Origin: Caecitellus pseudoparvulus | Lineage: Eukaryota > Protista > Bigyra: Bicosoecida | NCBI GenBank assembly: GCA_965644315.1 | Contig: CBFFRQ010000081.1 | Span: forward strand, 310,001 to 374,000 | Direction of reading: 5' to 3' | DNA: 64,000 nt | Part shown: positions 35,947 to 47,548 of the stretch, piece by piece | How positions within the stretch are numbered: the first letter of the stretch is position 1 | How the letters are laid out: the number at the start of each line of letters is the position of its first letter | The notes under the pieces: generated by a model | Databases searched by the model: none | The model's input: only the letters and a program-made list of their open reading frames with translations | What the model was told of the DNA's origin: nothing | Made by a program: the position numbers and the translations under genes

Positions 35947-38230
35947 ATGAGTGATTTGCTCACCAGCATCGTCAAGTATGGTGCGTGTGCGGACGTGTGC
36001 GGCACAGTTGCGCAGCACTGCCCTCGCCACGCGGCGCTGCTGCAATGCTCCCCACCCCGCCTGCCGCAGTGAATTTGGGGGGGCCAGGGTGGATGGCAGA
36101 CGTCTTTGACGTGAAGATTATCCTGGACACAGATCTGGAGCTGTCCATCGCGCCCTTTGAAGGCGTGGAAGAGGACGAAGATGACCCTCTCAGTGGCGCT
36201 GACCGCATTCCCGTGAGCGAATCTCGGATGGCGCTGGGCCTTGCGACACCCCCCCCCTTGGTTCGGCAGGCGCGCCACGCCCACATGCCACGCATGCGCA
36301 GGTTGTGACGAACGGCAACTCCGTGAAGGGTGTCGTGCGCGTGACGGCGCCGCCAGGGCACTCACTCTGGCACGGCGGCATCACAGCTACGCTGGAGAGC
36401 AACTACATCCACTTTGACAAGGACTCCGGGCAACAGCTGGTGGCAGAAACGCTGGAAGTGGCAGATGCTGGCACGGTGGCGGGCACGGTGGACTTCAACT
36501 TCGATTTCGAGGAGGGCATTGGCATTGGCTCGGGGCGTTTCAGGGAGAGTTACGAGGGGGACCACTTCGCCATTCGCCACAGCATCAGCGTGACGGTGGC
36601 GCGCCCCTGGTACACCTTCCCAGTGCAGAAGTTCCTCACCTTTGGAGCCCAGGAACTGCACCTGGAGGTGAGCCAGTGGGACCTCATGGATGACCACCTG
36701 AGCGCTGACGAAGCAGACCTGCCTCGCCCAGGAAACGCATCGCCTCGGCGCCGGGCAGGCACTGGGCCGCCTGTGGCAGCTCTGGAGGACGGAGCAGGCG
36801 AGGGGGGTGAGGACGGGACAGGAACGGGGGAAGGCTCTGACGAGGGCGGCCCGCGGCGGCGCCTGGGGTCTGAGGAGCGTGCCGAGTTGGAGGCAGCGCA
36901 GCATGCGGAATTGTACGAGGCTGTCGTGGACGACGCCATGGCAGGCGTGCCCTCCACGACGGGGCCCATCCTGACCATTCCAGACTGCGGAGGCATCGCA
37001 GTGTTTGACTTTGAGAAGGACACGTACTCTCTGGAGTCTGTGCTGGAGGGCACGGTGCAGTTCGGGTACCTTGTGCACCCCGTCACACGTGTGACGCTGC
37101 GGGTCATCAAGGAGGAGACCATCGGCAAGGAGACGTACACTGACCAAGTGTTCGCAGCTGATCTGCTGAATGCGGCCCTGTTCGACGCCAAAGAACTGCA
37201 GTCCCTGCGTGCAGCCCGCGACGCAGCGGCGGCAAGCTACCCCTCAGGCACAGCGAAAACGCCCACTGACTCGAGCACTGCCACGCCCACCGTCGTGCAC
37301 GCTGGTAGTGGCCCGCTGACGGAGGCCCAGCTCCGGCGTTTGGAGGAAATTGAGAACAACTCGCCCATTGTGGGGGAAGGCGAGCTGAACGTGAGCCTTG
37401 ACTTATCACAGCTGACGCTGGCACCCACCACGCTGCAATCACTGGACGCTGCCGACCAAACTCGCATCCAAGCTGACGCAGTGCCGGACGAGGCTGACGC
37501 GGGGTCGGACGAGTCAGATGACTCTGACTTTGTCTCCGATGTGCAAATCGCCAAGTACAAGGAGGGGCTCACCATCAACTGGCCGGTGGTGAAGTACTAC
37601 TTGCAGTTGGTGGTGTCAACCCAACGCGCCTCCAGTGGGGACGGCGACAGTGACGGGGAGGAGGAGCAGGAGACCGATGTGTCCCTTCCGGTGCTGCAGC
37701 CCGAGACGCTGCAAGCTGCTCTGTCCTTCACGCAGGCCATGGTGGAGGGCAACCGAGCTGCCCAGGCTCAGGCCGGGCAGGGCAAGGGGGGAGAGGGGGA
37801 GGGGGAGGGGGGGGAGGATGCCGCCCCTGCCGACATGACCCCCGCCCAGGAAGCGGCCAGCATCACACAGGCCACGCCCCGGGGCCTCTTCTACAACACT
37901 CACGAGCTGGTGCTGTACCGCTCGACGTGGAGTGCAGAGTACATTCCACCGGACAAGCGGCAACTGGCCGGGGTCACTCAGGTGCACGGGGAGAGCGACG
38001 GCACTGCCACGCTGGCCCTGCCACGCAAGGCCTCCTCGGGCACGGCAGGGGGGGCTATTTCTCCGCAGCTGGCCTCGGCACCTGCCCCCATCGTGGGCAA
38101 GCCCCCCCTCGCAGCAGGCGGTGAGGGGCATGGCGCGCCCCCCCTCGTGTCCCCCACTGAGCCCCCCTCCGGGGCCCCCCTCCGCCGTGACTCCTCTGTT
38201 GGGGCCTCCCCCGGCAGTGCGGAGGTGTAG
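35947..38230 (+). CDS. VPS26-family (arrestin-fold) protein, divergent, with acidic insertions
   Basis: GNSVKGVVRVT...LWHGGITATL...FRESYEG...IRHSISVTVARPWY, then FDFEKDTYSLESVLEGTVQF...VTLRVIKEETIG...VKYYLQLVV follows the VPS26 pattern. Short 5' introns. Confidence 0.8.
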
Positions 38231-38388
38231 TGTTCTGCCTCCTCTGTGTTCCGCTCTGCCCTCGCCCTCGCCCTCTGCCTCTGCTGGAAATGCACCAGCC
38301 CTTCCTCACCAACGCCACGCCAGCGGCAAAACACAGCAAACCAAGTAGCTGCAGGGGACATGCTCAGGCACCTCCAAGCTGCAGCACC

Positions 38389-41300
38389 ATGCGTTCCTGG
38401 ATGAAGCTGGCGGCAGCCGGCTCTCTGCTGGCTGCCACAGCGGGCTTGGCTGCTTGGCATGCCACGGAAGGCGCCTTGCCCTGGTTTGACTGGTTGGCGT
38501 CACGCGACGCCTCTCTCATCGTGTGGGGCATCACCCTGCGCCTGATTGGTCTGGTCAATGTCATCTGCTTTGTGTCCCTGTGGCCACAGGTTCGTGTGGC
38601 AGGCGCTGCTGGGACTGGCGTGGTGGTCGGAATTTGACCCTGTCCACGTCATACACCTGCCCGAGGCAGCCACGCCCCTTCACGCGCGCCCCTGCTGTTG
38701 TTGCTGCACAGGTCATTCCCTTTGCAGGCAAGCATGGCATGCAACCTGTTCAGTCTGTGCTGCAGGCCATCTCACGGGTGAGTCTTGACACAGGCCTGAT
38801 GTCCAACGCAAGAACCACACCCCGCTCGAGCTAAGTGCCTTGCAGGACGTCCCGGACGCAAGGCGCTTCGTATTCTACCCGACGCTCCTGTGGTTGAACA
38901 GCTCGGATTGGATGCTGCGTGGCCTCACTGCAGTGGGAGGCCTGGCAGGGCTGGCGGCAGCGGCAGGCGCCGTCGACTCACGCATTGCCTTTGGCGTTTG
39001 CTACCTTTGCATGTTGTCTCTCGACCTTGCCATGGGCATGGGGTACCCTTGGGACTGCTACCTCATTGAAACCAACGTCTTGTGTGTGTTTTTCCCCGCC
39101 CTGCTGGCCTTGCCTGGCCTGCAGGCGCTGAGCGAGGGAGACGCTTCAGGCGCACTTGATGCGCTGGGTCAGGCTGACGCGAGTGCGCTTGGCACCGACG
39201 GTGTTGTGTCGCCGCTGGCCGGGTTCTTGTGGAGGTGGCTGGCCTACCGCCTTATGTTCGGGTTTGGCAAGTTGAAGTTCACGGGCACCACGGACAAGGA
39301 TGACCTGTACATCAAGAGCTTCTGGGTGAACATGCCCATGACGACAGTGCTAGGGTGGGCAGGGCAGGCACTGCCTGATGCGGTGCACATCTTCAACCTG
39401 GCAGTCATGTGGCTGGTGGAGATGGTGGTGCCCTTCATGTACTTCCTTAACGGCTGGCCCCGTGTCGTTGCAGCGTTCGGCGTGTTGGGGCTGCAAGTGG
39501 GCATCCACGCCACAGGCAACTTCGGCTGGTTCAACGTGCTGTCTGCCATCGCTGCCATTCCCCTCCTCCTGCACACGTCCTCTGTGTGGGCTGTGTCCTT
39601 TGGGGATGATGGGGTGCTGGTAGGCGCGGCACGCGGTGTCGGAACGGTCATCGACTCCGTTGTCACCCATCTTGCCACATGTCTCGCTTCCACTACAAGT
39701 GTGCTCACTGGCGCCACAAGCGCCGCCGCCCCAAGTGTGCAGTGGGCCACGCCAGCCGCTGTACACGCTGCGCGGACAGTGGCTGCTGCCCTTGCGCCGC
39801 TGCAAGCCTTGTGGGTGCCTGTGTCTGCTATCGCAAACTCAATCACTACCGCAGCTGGAAGCAGTGTGACCAGCCTCCTGCAGGCGGTGCCATGGGCGGC
39901 ATCCGCTGTATCTGCAGTGTCTTACTCTGTGGTTGGTCCGTCAGAGGAGTTTCCCATCGAGCAGTGCAGCGACGCAGCTGAATCCTGTGCCCTCTCGCCA
40001 ACTGGTGCCCCCCCCTCCAACACCTTGACAGACACGCCCGCCCATGCTTGGTTATGGCTGGTGGCCATGACCATCATCCTTCCAGCCAGCCTCTGGCACC
40101 TCCCTCTGAACAGCTGGGTCACCGGCGGTTTCACGTACTGGCCGGCGTTGACCAAGCTGGAGCCTCGGTGGTTCTGGGAGCCCCTCATCGCATACCTGCG
40201 CCTGGTGGGGGCACACTGGCGCCTCGTGCATGCGTATGGCGTGTTCCCGCCTAACTCCTCCCCCGGCCAGCGCCTGGTGCCCGTGTTCGAAGGCAGCGCG
40301 GACGGCACCACGTGGCGCCAGTGGGAGTACGCGTACATGGCCAGCCACGCCAAGTCGCGGCCGGTGTTTGTCGCGCCCCACACGCCGCGCCTGGACCACT
40401 CCATCTTCTATGACTCCCTGGGCATCAACGGCTCCAACCACATGATGTTCACGGGAGATCGCACGCCGTGGGGCTTCGCGCCCAGCGTCACCCCTGCGAA
40501 ACGCCTCGCGGCACGTCTGCTGGAAGGCGCGAACAACCCCGTGTACCGCATGTTCGCCAGCAACCCGTTCCCAGACCCAGACTGTCCTCCTAAGTTTGTG
40601 AGGGTGTCGCTGTACCGCCTGGTGCCCACAGATCCAGCCACTGTGGCCCGCACTGGCGAGTGGTGGCGCTGCACACACATTGCGGAACACCTGCCCGCCA
40701 TTTCCCAACAAGACACTGACGGCATTTGGGCCCAGTGGTTGTCGGCCCCCGAACAATGGTTCCCTACTTCTCAGGTGTGGCGTGAGCGCGTGGGCTGGAC
40801 GCGGCGTGGGGTTACCGCACCCGAGTACGCTTCAGCGTGGAAGTTGCTGCACCGCATTCGGCAGCTGGCAGTGGAGGTGAGTGGAGCCGAGGACATCTCC
40901 CCTGCACTGCTGGATAGCGTGCGAGACGGCACGAGCACCTTGTCGCCCGAGCACATGGCCAGCATGTTCTCGTACGGTGTTCTGGCTCGCATGCGGGAGA
41001 CCCTGTTGAAGGAGTGGGGCGCAGATGCCCTGCACGACCACACACGCATCCTGGGTGCCATGGTGGCTCCACTCATGGCCCGACTGACAGCAGTGTACGG
41101 ACGAGTCGTGGGGGACACCACCTGGCTGCAGGCAGAGGTGCGGGCCTGGGAGGCGTGGCGCGAGGCAGGCGGCCCCGCACACGAGGACGAGTGGGGCTCG
41201 CCCGTGGCCGATGCAGAGGGCGAAGTGACGGCTGCCACCAGCAACGTGGCGCCTGGCCTGAGTCAGGCGGCTGAGCGGAAGCTAGACGTCTTTGCTCAGG

Positions 41301-42073
41301 CTGTCATGGTGGGCATTGGGGACGAGGGCGCGGCGCAGATGGCTGCCCGTTCCGCTGACGTCTTTATTTCCGCAGGGCGCACGTCCGAGTGGCGTCGGTG
41401 CTGGGCCCACCTCAAGGGGCTGTCCAAGCAGCCTGCAGAAGGCGTGGAGCCCAACGCTCTCATGTCCACGCCCCTCAAGCTGCAGTGCTACGCGCACTAC
41501 CTGCTCCTGGCAGGGGGGCGGCGGCTGTTTGAGCGAGCGGTGGGTGGTGAGGGCGCCATTGTCGGGGGACACTCCCTGCCCCTGGTGTGGCCGCCCCCCG
41601 CCACAGGCCACCCCTTGTCCAATGCCCCCTTGCCTGCGTGCTATGCTGCGTGGGCGACCAGCCCGCCCCCCCTGGTCCAGGTGTTCCTGGACACCGCCTG
41701 TCCAGCCGTCAACCCTGGCTGCTGGCGGGGGGAGTACGAGGTGGGCTTTTTCTTGGAGGCGCTGCTGAACTACGACTCTGTGGCCACCCTGGCAGAGAAG
41801 TGGCGACTGATGGAGAGCATTTCCCGCAAGAGCACACAGGCCGACCCGGCAGGCGGCATCTTGCCTTGCTTCATGGAGGTGGTCACGGGTCTGCGCCGCG
41901 AGAAGTCCCTTCGGCCTTGGAGTGCCTTTGCTGGCCGGAGGGTGCTGCCCACCATCATGGCTGAGTATGATCCCTATGGACCCACCGGTGAGTGGGTGGA
42001 GGTGGGAGACGGGCGCAAGGCTGCTGGGCGGGATTTCGGTGGAGAGGATGTGGTGCTGCCTTGGCAGAAGTGA
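38389..42073 (+). CDS. Lipase maturation factor family (LMF1/2-like) ER membrane protein with C-terminal extension
   Basis: YPTLLWLNSSD, YPWDCYLIET, RWLAYRLMFGFGKLK, TGNFGWFNVLS, HAYGVF, FEGSADGTTWRQWEY, VAPHTPRLD, NPFPDPDCPPKFVRVSLY. Confidence 0.92.
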
Positions 42074-42244
42074 GACCAATGCAGTCGCCCATGCAATTTT
42101 CTGCCCTCCGGCATCAAGTCATTGTTTGTGATGGGTGGAAAGTTGTCTGAACAGCTCTTTCCTTTCTTGATCCCTTTCGCTGCGTCCTGACACTGTGTAA
42201 ATCGGGCTCTGTAGGCCACTCTTGCCGTTTCGGCGTGAAACGCC

Positions 42245-43037
42245 ATGGCGTGCGAAGCCACCTGGAACGGTCTCGCCCCTTTCAAAGAGCTGGATGACGC
42301 ATCTTTTTATTCTATCAAGGCCTCCAGCATTGGGGCTCTGTCCCTTGCCTCGCAGTCTGCTCTGCAGCAGACCCTGGACGCACTGGGCTGCATCAGTGCT
42401 GAAGTGGGTGCCTGGCGTTTGCATGTCTCCCTTTGCCTCGCACCGCACTCAGCCCCCTCTGCTTCCCCAGGAACAAGGCTTGAAAAGCCCCATCACAACA
42501 TGGGAAAAGCTATGTGCTTCCGACTCTGACCAGCTCTTCCTCAGCGTCGTGGAGGAGGAGGCAGTGGCTTTCGCCCGGTTTGGCACGAAGCAGCTGTACC
42601 TCGTGGTGAGTGCCAACGTTGCCACCCAGCCACCACATGCAGCCCAGGAACTGGAGCGTCTCCCCCCGCAGAACGGCTCTTCCTACGAAGAACACACGTG
42701 CCTCTGCCTCCTTGACGTGTGTGTGACTCCACAGCAACAGCGCAAGGGTCGAGGCATTGCGTTGCTGCGTGCTGCGTTTCAGGAGCTGGGCGACGTACAA
42801 GCAGGCAGCGTCGCCTACGACAGGCCGTCAGCGAAAATGCTGCCGTTTCTGGCCAAGCACTTTGCGCTGAGCCGGCCCATGGAGCAGCCCAACAAGTTCG
42901 TTATCTTTCCGGCCTTCTTCGGACAACCCGCTCAAGGCGCCGCTGCTGCTGGAAAGGCTGTCACAAGCCGCCACCACACGGCTGCTGTGTCAAGTGCCTC
43001 TGCAGGGGTTCGGCAAGCGCTATCGTGGGAGATTTAG
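42245..43037 (+). CDS. ATAT1: Alpha-tubulin N-acetyltransferase (MEC-17/ATAT1)
   Basis: LDALGCISAE|EQGLKSPITT...GTKQLYL...LCLLDVCVTPQQQRKGRG...AYDRPSAKMLPFLAKHF...QPNKFVIFPAFF. Confidence 0.93.
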
Positions 43038-43378
43038 CGTCTTGGAGTCAGAGTTGTACTCCATTCTAATGCAAATTGCTGTAGCTGGTAAACGGATTAC
43101 CATCACAACATCCCAGCGGATGCTATGCGTTCTCCTTCCTTTCGGATCCGCAAAGTGCAGGAACGCTCACATTTCACACCAAAACAGGAGAGCATCCAGA
43201 TGGTGCGCAGCTGTAGACGCTGTGTTCACTCTAATGCCGCGTGCGCTTCAAGGAAAGCCACACGCGGGGCTTGCCTTGCGGGCGGCACGTGCGCCACAGC
43301 AGCGTTCCCGCGCGGAACGTCTGGGCTGCGGCCTAGAGTTTGTAGGACAGAGCACAGCAACCCGTCACTGTATCAGTC

Positions 43379-44900
43379 ATGGCTCTTGCGTTTCTTACCA
43401 AGAAGATGTGGCATCCGTCCACGATGGAGGTGGGTGCAAATGCCTCGTGCTGCGTCAATTTCCGCACCCAGCTGGACACGCTCCGTGCCACGTGCCCCGC
43501 AGAACCAAGAGCGTGTGTGGAAAGCTCGGCAGAAAGACAAAGAAGAGAAGCGGAAGATCGAGGAGCTCAGGCGTCAGCGTGCGGAGGAGCGGCAGATGGA
43601 GGAGCTGCAGGCTCTGCAGGACGGAGGGCGGCCGAGGCAAGATCGCCTGGACTGGATGTACACGGGAGAAGCCGCCATGATGCCCACCTCGGACGAGTAC
43701 CTCATGGGGAAGGAGTGGAAGGGAGAAGGTGAGGCAGACGACGTGGAGAGGATGGCCAAAGACGCCTCTGTGCCTGGAGCGGCGTTTCTTTCCGCGCCAA
43801 ACGCAGCAGCACCGCCCGCTGGTGCCGCTGCCCCGGCAGCACCCGGCCCCGCCTCTGCGCCTGCCATGACGGAGGCAGCTGCCAAGGCGGCGGCGTTTGC
43901 CATCCAGCAGGACGACCCGCTGTTCGCCATGAAGGCGCAGGAGGCACATGCCCGTGAGGCCGTGCTGGGCGACCCCCTGCTCATGGCCCGCATCAAGCAG
44001 CGCCTGCTGGCAGAGTCAGACGAGGCCAAGCCCAGGCGCAAGCACAAGCACAAGCACAAGCACAGACACAGGCGACACCGCAGCCGCAGCCGGTCGCCAG
44101 AGTCGCGTCGGCGTCGCCACCGAAGCCGCAGCCCAGGTCGCAGCCGGTCGCCAGAGTCGCGTCGTCGCCATCGCAGCAGCCGGCACCACAGCAGCAGGCA
44201 TCGCGATGAGCGATCGTCACGGTACAGGAGTGACTCAAGACATCGGGAACGCAGCAGGAGTCCCCCCCCTCGTGATGAGCATGGCAGGCGCTGGGAGGAG
44301 GGCGGCCGGGGTCGGGATGGGCGGCGTGAGGGTGAGGGTCGGTGGGAGGAGGGCGGCCGGGGTCGGGATGGGCGGCGTGAGGGTGAGGGTCGGTGGGAGG
44401 AGGGCGGCCGGGGTCGGGATGGGCGGCGTGAGGGTGAGGGTCGGTGGGAGGAGGGCGGCCGGGGTCGTGGTGCATCTCCCCCTGCACAGGCAAGCCGTCG
44501 CAGTGGGTACGGGCTGCAGGCCAGGGGGGGGGAGCAGCTTGAGCTGCGCAGAGGGGGGCAGACTGGCCCCTCGGCAGACGCCATCGCAGCCAAGGAGCAG
44601 CAAGTGCTTGCAGAGCGCAGGCAGCGCTTCGAAGCCTCCCAGGCAGCTCGGCGGGGGGCGGGCGCTTCGCGGCACTTGAGCGCAGAAGAGCGCGCTGCTG
44701 CGTTGGAGGCCATGGCTGGCACTGCATCTGAGGTGGCGGCAAGTCGGGAAGCAGAGAGCAGGGCCCGCATTGCGGCTGCAGAGGCAGCTGAAGCTGCAGA
44801 AGCTGCAGAGTACACTGGGCATGGTGGCGGCATGAAGGCGCTCATGGGCACCAGCAGCATCGCAGATACTGCGGAGGCATTGCGGGGCCGGAGGCGCTGA
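43379..44900 (+). CDS. CWC25: Pre-mRNA splicing factor CWC25
   Basis: MALAFLTKKMWHPSTME|NQERVWKA...KIEELRRQRAEER...RLDWMY...DEYLMGK...DDPLFAMK, followed by an RS-rich region. Confidence 0.93.
44292..44468 (+). repeat. 51-bp coding tandem repeat (about 3.4 copies) encoding RWEEGGRGRDGRREGEG in CWC25
   Basis: Essentially identical units ggtgggaggagggcggccggggtcgggatgggcggcgtgagggtgagggtc seen directly. Confidence 0.95.
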
Positions 44901-45001
44901 TGGCTCCCGCGGGCAAAACTGATGTGAATCAGGTCGATGATCAAATTCAATGTGCTTTCGCTCCTGGCGATGTTGATGCGCTGGGATTCAACTCCAGCAG
45001 G

Positions 45002-45899
45002 ATGCTGCGCCATGCTGCTGCCCAAGCGGCGTTTTGCGTGAAACGCCAGGGCTGCGCCCTTCGGCAATTCAGCAGCATAAACTCCTTCGGATCGAACTTG
45101 CCTGGCGTGCTGGGGGCTAGTACGAGTATGTTCTTATTGCGCCTCTTCCTGGTAGGCTCACCCCACACTCTTGCCTGTGTGCGGCGCAGACTGGGAGGCG
45201 GCGTGGTCAGCTGGGGTCACCCCTTGGGACGTTGGTGGGGGCTCACTACAGCTAAAGGAGGTACGGCCAGCACTTGTCACAGACACCAGCCTCTCCGCCA
45301 CACCATTTCCTCCCTACTGCCTGTCTCAGCTGCTCAAGGAGGGCTCCCTTCCTACCGGTCGGGCTCTCGTGCCTGGCGCTGGCTCTGCGTATGACGCGAT
45401 GAGCCTGGCTGAGGCCGGGTACGACGTGACCTCCCTGGACATCTCCGAGACCGCCGTGGAGCAGGCGAAGGAAAAGGTGAAGCTGGACCCCGCCGCTGCA
45501 GAGGCGGCTGCGGCGGGGCGTCTGCGCGTGGAGCAGGCTGACTTCTTCTCCTGGGCGCCGCCGGCAGGGGGCTTCGACGTCATCTTCGACTACACCTTCC
45601 TGTGCGCGCTGGACCCCGCCCGGCGCCAGGCATGGGCCTCCACCACCAAGGCCTTCCTGGCCCGGGGGGGCTCCTTGGTCACGCAGTTGTTTCCCATAGG
45701 GCAGTTCGCGGGGGGACCGCCTTTCGCCCTGGACCTGGAGGATGTGGGGCGCCTCATGCGCGGGTCTGGGTTTGAATGCGTGCAATCGGCAGACATCCCC
45801 GCGACGCTATCACACCCTGCTCGTGCTGGGCGGGAGGTGCTGGCGGTCTGGAAGCACAGTTCGCGGAGGTACCCCATGATCAAAGCTGGCCAGAGGTAG
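45002..45899 (+). CDS. SAM-dependent thiol/halide methyltransferase (HOL/TPMT family)
   Basis: WEAAWSAGVTPWDVG...LPTGRALVPGAGSAYD...LDISETAV...ADFFSW...FDVIFDYTFLCAL...R.AWA...GGPPF...R.GRE. Two short introns. The start at 45002 is inferred. Confidence 0.9.
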
Positions 45900-46151
45900 C
45901 CAGGTCACTGGGGAAGGCGCATGCCACAACCAAATCACAAACACTGGCTATCACACCCACTAAATGCAGTACACCATGCAAACCCTGACAGGCTTTGCCC
46001 AGGTGCTCGTGCCGCGTGTCAGGGGGGAGGCCACTGCGTCGTGGCGGATCTGGGCTTGACCGTTGCCTGCACAGGCCCTGTGCAGCTCAGAACTCAGAAG
46101 CAGCCAGGTGGGCAGCTTGAGTGACATCTTTCATTGCTTTTACTGTCCGTC

Positions 46152-47496
46152 ATGACTACAGTTGAAGTGCGCATGGGGCGGGTGGACCGCATTTACAGCA
46201 CGGGGGTAGGTGCAGTGCACTTCGCCCCTGCAAAGTCCGCACGCACGCTGGAGCTCCCCGCTGCCTGCACAGGAGGCGGTGACGGGAGTCGTCGTCATCA
46301 AGTGCGAGAAGGATCACTCCCACTCCGGCATTTCCTGCTCAGCGTCAGGCTGCATGACCCTGATGCCTGGGCGCTCCAACAAGCAGGAGCTGGTCATTTT
46401 GCAGGTGCGGTGCGCCGCGTCGCCAACCATTCTGGCCGCTCTTCAGCCCCGCCCACGCTGCACTACCACAGCAAGACGTGCAACTGTCTGAAGGAGGCAC
46501 CTTGCCTGCTGGAGAGACTGAAATTCCGTTTGAGTTCACTGTGGAGCCTTCGGGCAGCTTGGTGGGTGCTGGCTGGGAGCAGGTGGCAGTGGGTAGCCAG
46601 CGCGGCACACTCTGTGCCTCCGCGAACTCGCAGGACTTGGTGGAGACGTACCACGGCGTCAACGTCGACATCCGGTACAATGTCCACGCAGTTGTCACCC
46701 GAAGCAGCGTCTTTGGCAAGACTGTAAAGGGTGAAGAAGAGTTTGTCGTGGAGACGCCACACACAGCCGAGCCGCCGGCAGCTGAGGGCATCCGCTTCGA
46801 AATCACACCGGGCGAGCTATCGAACGTCCGCAGCACGAGTGTGGACAAGCTTCCGAGTGAGTGCCATTGAGCAGCTGCGCCGTGGCAGTTCCCGTGTGCA
46901 ACCGGCTGTTCGCTCCCCTGCACGTCAGAGTTCAAGATTGTCGGGCAGCTCAACCAAACAAATTGCTGCTTGCGGGCACCGTTCACGGGGGAAATTGTCG
47001 TGGAAGAGTGTGGAGCCCCGATCAAGAGCATCGAATTGCAGTTGGTTCGGGTGGAGCGCACCGGTGCGTTGCTTGGAAGCTGCCAGGTGCCAGCCGTGCC
47101 TGCTCACGCTTTGCCGCCCGCCTTGCGCGCAGTAATTGACGGGAAGGAGTCCACAGACGCAACGGAGATCCAAAACCTTCAAGTTGGAGATGGAGATGTC
47201 GCACGTGGACTGGGCATCCCGCTGTACATGATTTTCCCTCGCCTCTTCGCGTGCCCCAGCGTTTCTGCAGGTGTACGTGTGTCGCCGAGTCACATGCCTC
47301 GCCAACAACTTCGCCTCACGCCACCCCTGCCCTGCTCAGCCTCTGTCTGTGGGATTTGAAGTGAATGTGCATGTCCAGTTCGAGTCCGATTACCTCGTGT
47401 TGGAGAACTTTCCCATCCGTGCGTGGCGTGTTGGAGCGAGCGTGATCAGCCACAACATCCACACCTCCCCCTCTTACCACAGGGCTGTACCGATAG
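46152..47496 (+). CDS. VPS26C: VPS26C/DSCR3 (retriever subunit), multi-exon
   Basis: MTTVEVRMGRVDRIYSTG|EAVTGVVVI...H.GI...GETEIPFEF...ETYHGVNVDIRY...IKSIELQLVRVE...ATEIQNLQVGDGDV..GLGIPLYMIFPRLFACP...FEVN...ENFPI|RLYR. Last intron 47419-47482. Confidence 0.93.
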
Positions 47497-47520
47497 CAAC
47501 CAGGTTGTGCAGGCTTCATT

Positions 47521-47530
47521 AAATGCATTT
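47521..47530. terminator. Palindromic AAATGCATTT, candidate bidirectional 3'-end/poly(A) signal (VPS26C/Zn2Cys6 TF)
   Basis: Lies between the stops at 47496 (+) and 47549 (-). Confidence 0.6.
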
Positions 47531-47548
47531 CTGCCTCCCAGCCACCGC

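Noticed and set aside
43574-45067. 497-aa antisense ORF over CWC25, and many similar overlapping ORFs in the track
   Set aside because: High GC makes stop codons rare, and these ORFs have no independent motifs.
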